DNA of 32,000 nucleotides from Lysobacter sp. TY2-98 (GTDB lineage: Bacteria; Pseudomonadota; Gammaproteobacteria; Xanthomonadales; Xanthomonadaceae). Location: the NCBI RefSeq assembly GCF_003367355.1, contig NZ_CP031413.1, positions 1,126,921 through 1,158,920 of the forward strand, given 5' to 3'. Below the pieces are notes generated by a model that saw only the letters and a program-made list of their open reading frames with translations, was not told the DNA's origin and made no database searches. Position numbers and translations under genes: made by a program. This document shows positions 29,857 to 32,000 of the stretch, piece after piece; position 1 is the stretch's first letter, and each line of letters begins with the position of its first letter.

Positions 29857-31319
29857 CGCTCCGCCCCGACGCCTTGCGATGCGGGCGCGGGCATCGCGGC
29901 GGCCGGTGCGTTGTCGAAGCTGCCGCCGAGCGCGAGGTGCAGGTCGACGCGCTGGTTGAGACGCTCGCGACGCACGTGCAGCAGCGTGATCTGCGTGGCG
30001 TTCGCGGTGAGCAGGCTCTGCGTCACCGTGCGCATGTCGACCTTGCCGACGCGATAAGCCTCACGTTGCAGGTCGACCACGCGCCGGCTGTCGGTGGCTG
30101 CCGCCGCCAGCAACGATTCGCGCGACGCCAGGATCTGTTCGCCGTTGAGCGCGTCCTCCGCTTCGTTGAACGCCTGCAGCGCGAGGCGCCCGTAGTCGGC
30201 CACGGCCTGCTCCTGCTCGGCGTTGCGCGCACGCAGTGAGCCGGTCAATGCACCGCCGGTGTAGATCGGCGCATTCAGCACCGCACTTGCACTGCGCGTA
30301 TTGCGCGCTTCGTCCTCGAACCCGTTGGTGCTGGACTCCAGTCGTCCAGCGCCCAGCAGGACGGACAACGTCGGCAGGAACGAGGCCTTCGCTTCGCCGA
30401 CGCGATTGAACGCCGCGGCGACACGGTCTTCCGCGGCGATGATGTCCGGACGTCGCGACAGGATGTCGACCGGTAGACCCGCGGCGGTGCCACTCGCCGG
30501 GAACGCCGGCAAATCGTCCCGTGCGGCGATCAAGGCGCCGGGATAACGGCCCAGCAGGATTTCCAGTGCGCGCAGGGCCTGCGCGTGCGCGAGATCGACC
30601 TGGCGTGCGGCGTCGGCATAGCTCGCGGCGCTCGTTCGCGCGACGAGGACCTCGTCCTGGCTGCCAGCGCCGATGCGGCGACGCTTGTCGGCCAGTCCGA
30701 CGAGCGACTGCGCGTCGTCCGCCATCTGCTTCGCGAGTGCCTTCTGTCGATTGGTCTCGGCGGCGACGAACCACGCACGCGCCACCGCCGCGGCGATCGA
30801 CTGCTGTGCGTAGCGGTAGTCGGCGCCGCTGGCGTCGTGCATGGCGCGTTCGGCATTGCGCGCGTAGCGCAGCCGGCCCCAGAGGTCGATTTCCCACGCC
30901 AGGCGGACGATCGCGCCCGCCGCCATCGCGATGAAATCCGACAGCGGCTTGCTGCTCGCGCGCCCAAGGATGCCGATCGCGGGTTTCAGGCGCGAATCCG
31001 CGATGTCGACCTGCGCGGCCGCCTGTTCCATGCGTGCGGCGGCGACGCGCAGGTCGGTGTTGTGCGCGATCGCTTCGGCCACGAGCTGGTCGAGTTGCGG
31101 ATCGCCGAAGCTCGCAACCCAGTTGTCGGCGACGGTGCCGGAGCCTGCGGCTGTGCCGGTCGACCACGTGGTCGGCACGGATGCATCGCGCAATGCATCT
31201 CGCTGGATGTCCTCGCGCGGTGGCGGCGGTGCTGTCGCGCACCCTTGCGCGAGCAATGCGACGGCCAGTGCCGCGGCCAGTGCGCGCTTCAGTGCTCCCG
31301 GCAGCGTCGTGGCGTGCAT
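29853..31319 (-). CDS. efflux transporter outer-membrane factor lipoprotein (NodT family)
   Basis: It has a lipobox (LLAQGCATA). The two-repeat OMF pattern is visible, with SFGDPQLDQLVAEAIAHNTDLRVAAARMEQA and ASFLPTLSV...PIYTGGAL. It is 488 aa. Confidence 0.85.
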   Translation of the reverse strand: MHATTLPGALKRALAAALAVALLAQGCATAPPPPREDIQRDALRDASVPTTWSTGTAAGSGTVADNWVASFGDPQLDQLVAEAIAHNTDLRVAAARMEQAAAQVDIADSRLKPAIGILGRASSKPLSDFIAMAAGAIVRLAWEIDLWGRLRYARNAERAMHDASGADYRYAQQSIAAAVARAWFVAAETNRQKALAKQMADDAQSLVGLADKRRRIGAGSQDEVLVARTSAASYADAARQVDLAHAQALRALEILLGRYPGALIAARDDLPAFPASGTAAGLPVDILSRRPDIIAAEDRVAAAFNRVGEAKASFLPTLSVLLGAGRLESSTNGFEDEARNTRSASAVLNAPIYTGGALTGSLRARNAEQEQAVADYGRLALQAFNEAEDALNGEQILASRESLLAAAATDSRRVVDLQREAYRVGKVDMRTVTQSLLTANATQITLLHVRRERLNQRVDLHLALGGSFDNAPAAAMPAPASQGVGAER

Positions 31320-31326
31320 GGGCGCG

Positions 31327-32000
31327 TCAATGCAGTTTGAGGACGAGCCAGTCGAGCTTGGTCGAGACGCGCAGGATGATGCGACGCACGACCTGGATCA
31401 GCTCGATGTGGTCGGTATAGATCGCGCCCTGTCCTGCTGCGCCCATCGGCAGGAACGTATGGGTATCGCGCCCGACGGGAATGAGTCGCACCGCGTAGCG
31501 TGCGGGTCCGGCGGCGCCGGTCATCTGCGCGGTCTGTCCCGGCAGCGGTGCCTGCGCGGTCGGTGGGAGCACGCCCCCCAGTGGCAACTGGCCGGTGCCC
31601 GACGCCCAGACGATGGAATCGACCTTGCATTTGATGATGCGGTTCGGGAAGGTCTTGAGCGTGATCTCCGCTTCGTCGCCCGGCTTCACATAGCGCAGTT
31701 CGTTCTGCGAATACATGGCGATGACCCACTGCTCGTTCTCGACGAACGACATCACCGGCACGAGCGGCAGGTTGCTGGCGTAGGAACCTTCCCGCAGCTG
31801 CAGGTTGATGACGGCGCCATCGGCGGGCGCATAGACCGTGGTCTGGTCCAGCATCCAGCGTGCATGGACGATCTGCGCGCGCAGCTGCTCCAGCGCCGCG
31901 CGCGCCTGCGCGACTTCCGAGAGCTCGCCTTTGTGCGTCGTCGCCGACAGCTTCTGCTGCACCTGGGCGACGTTCGCATCGTTCATCAGCAGGTCCGCCT
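31327..32000 (-). CDS. HlyD/EmrA-type membrane fusion protein (periplasmic adaptor), 5'-partial at the window edge
   Basis: The frame stays open to position 32000 (..ADLLMNDANVAQVQQKL coiled coil). It has a beta-barrel/lipoyl-like region (TTVYAPADGAVINLQLREGSY, YVKPGDEAEITL). The stop lies 7 nt before the OMF start. Confidence 0.8.
   Translation of the reverse strand, partial: ADLLMNDANVAQVQQKLSATTHKGELSEVAQARAALEQLRAQIVHARWMLDQTTVYAPADGAVINLQLREGSYASNLPLVPVMSFVENEQWVIAMYSQNELRYVKPGDEAEITLKTFPNRIIKCKVDSIVWASGTGQLPLGGVLPPTAQAPLPGQTAQMTGAAGPARYAVRLIPVGRDTHTFLPMGAAGQGAIYTDHIELIQVVRRIILRVSTKLDWLVLKLH

Overview
This is a high-GC proteobacterial chromosomal window; gene content resembles Xanthomonadales or Burkholderiales, but the taxon cannot be fixed from sequence alone. 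It is densely coding, with about 25 genes and no rRNA, tRNA, CRISPR, IS element or integrase. The plus strand at 1-13.5 kb carries a stand-alone receiver, an FGE/SUMF1-like enzyme, an unknown polytopic membrane protein and an outer-membrane beta-barrel. These are followed by a DUF2092 (LolA-like) / small glycine-zipper protein / PlpD-like patatin (type Vd) operon. Next come an HD-GYP response regulator and a 1622-aa hybrid histidine kinase. The 13.5-16.4 kb stretch holds a DUF4136 lipoprotein, an unknown secreted protein, and two 5'-truncated signalling gene fragments (EAL and receiver) fused head to head. The plus strand at 16.8-24.7 kb holds a large Orn/Lys/Arg-type PLP decarboxylase, an AAE-family (AspT/YidE-like) transporter, an OprD-family porin and a SulP/STAS permease. 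The minus strand at 24.8-32 kb holds aqpZ, a translationally coupled DUF3300-DUF2950 pair, and a tight MFP (partial) / NodT-OMF / CAX / K+ channel string. The leads most worth follow-up are the non-canonical decarboxylase / AAE-exchanger / porin module with a candidate PPP-stop leader ORF, the EAL/REC head-to-head junction, and the DUF3300/DUF2950 pair, whose tail motifs recur in mirror order in the small protein of the patatin operon. All functional calls rest on motif recognition by eye; no database search was possible.
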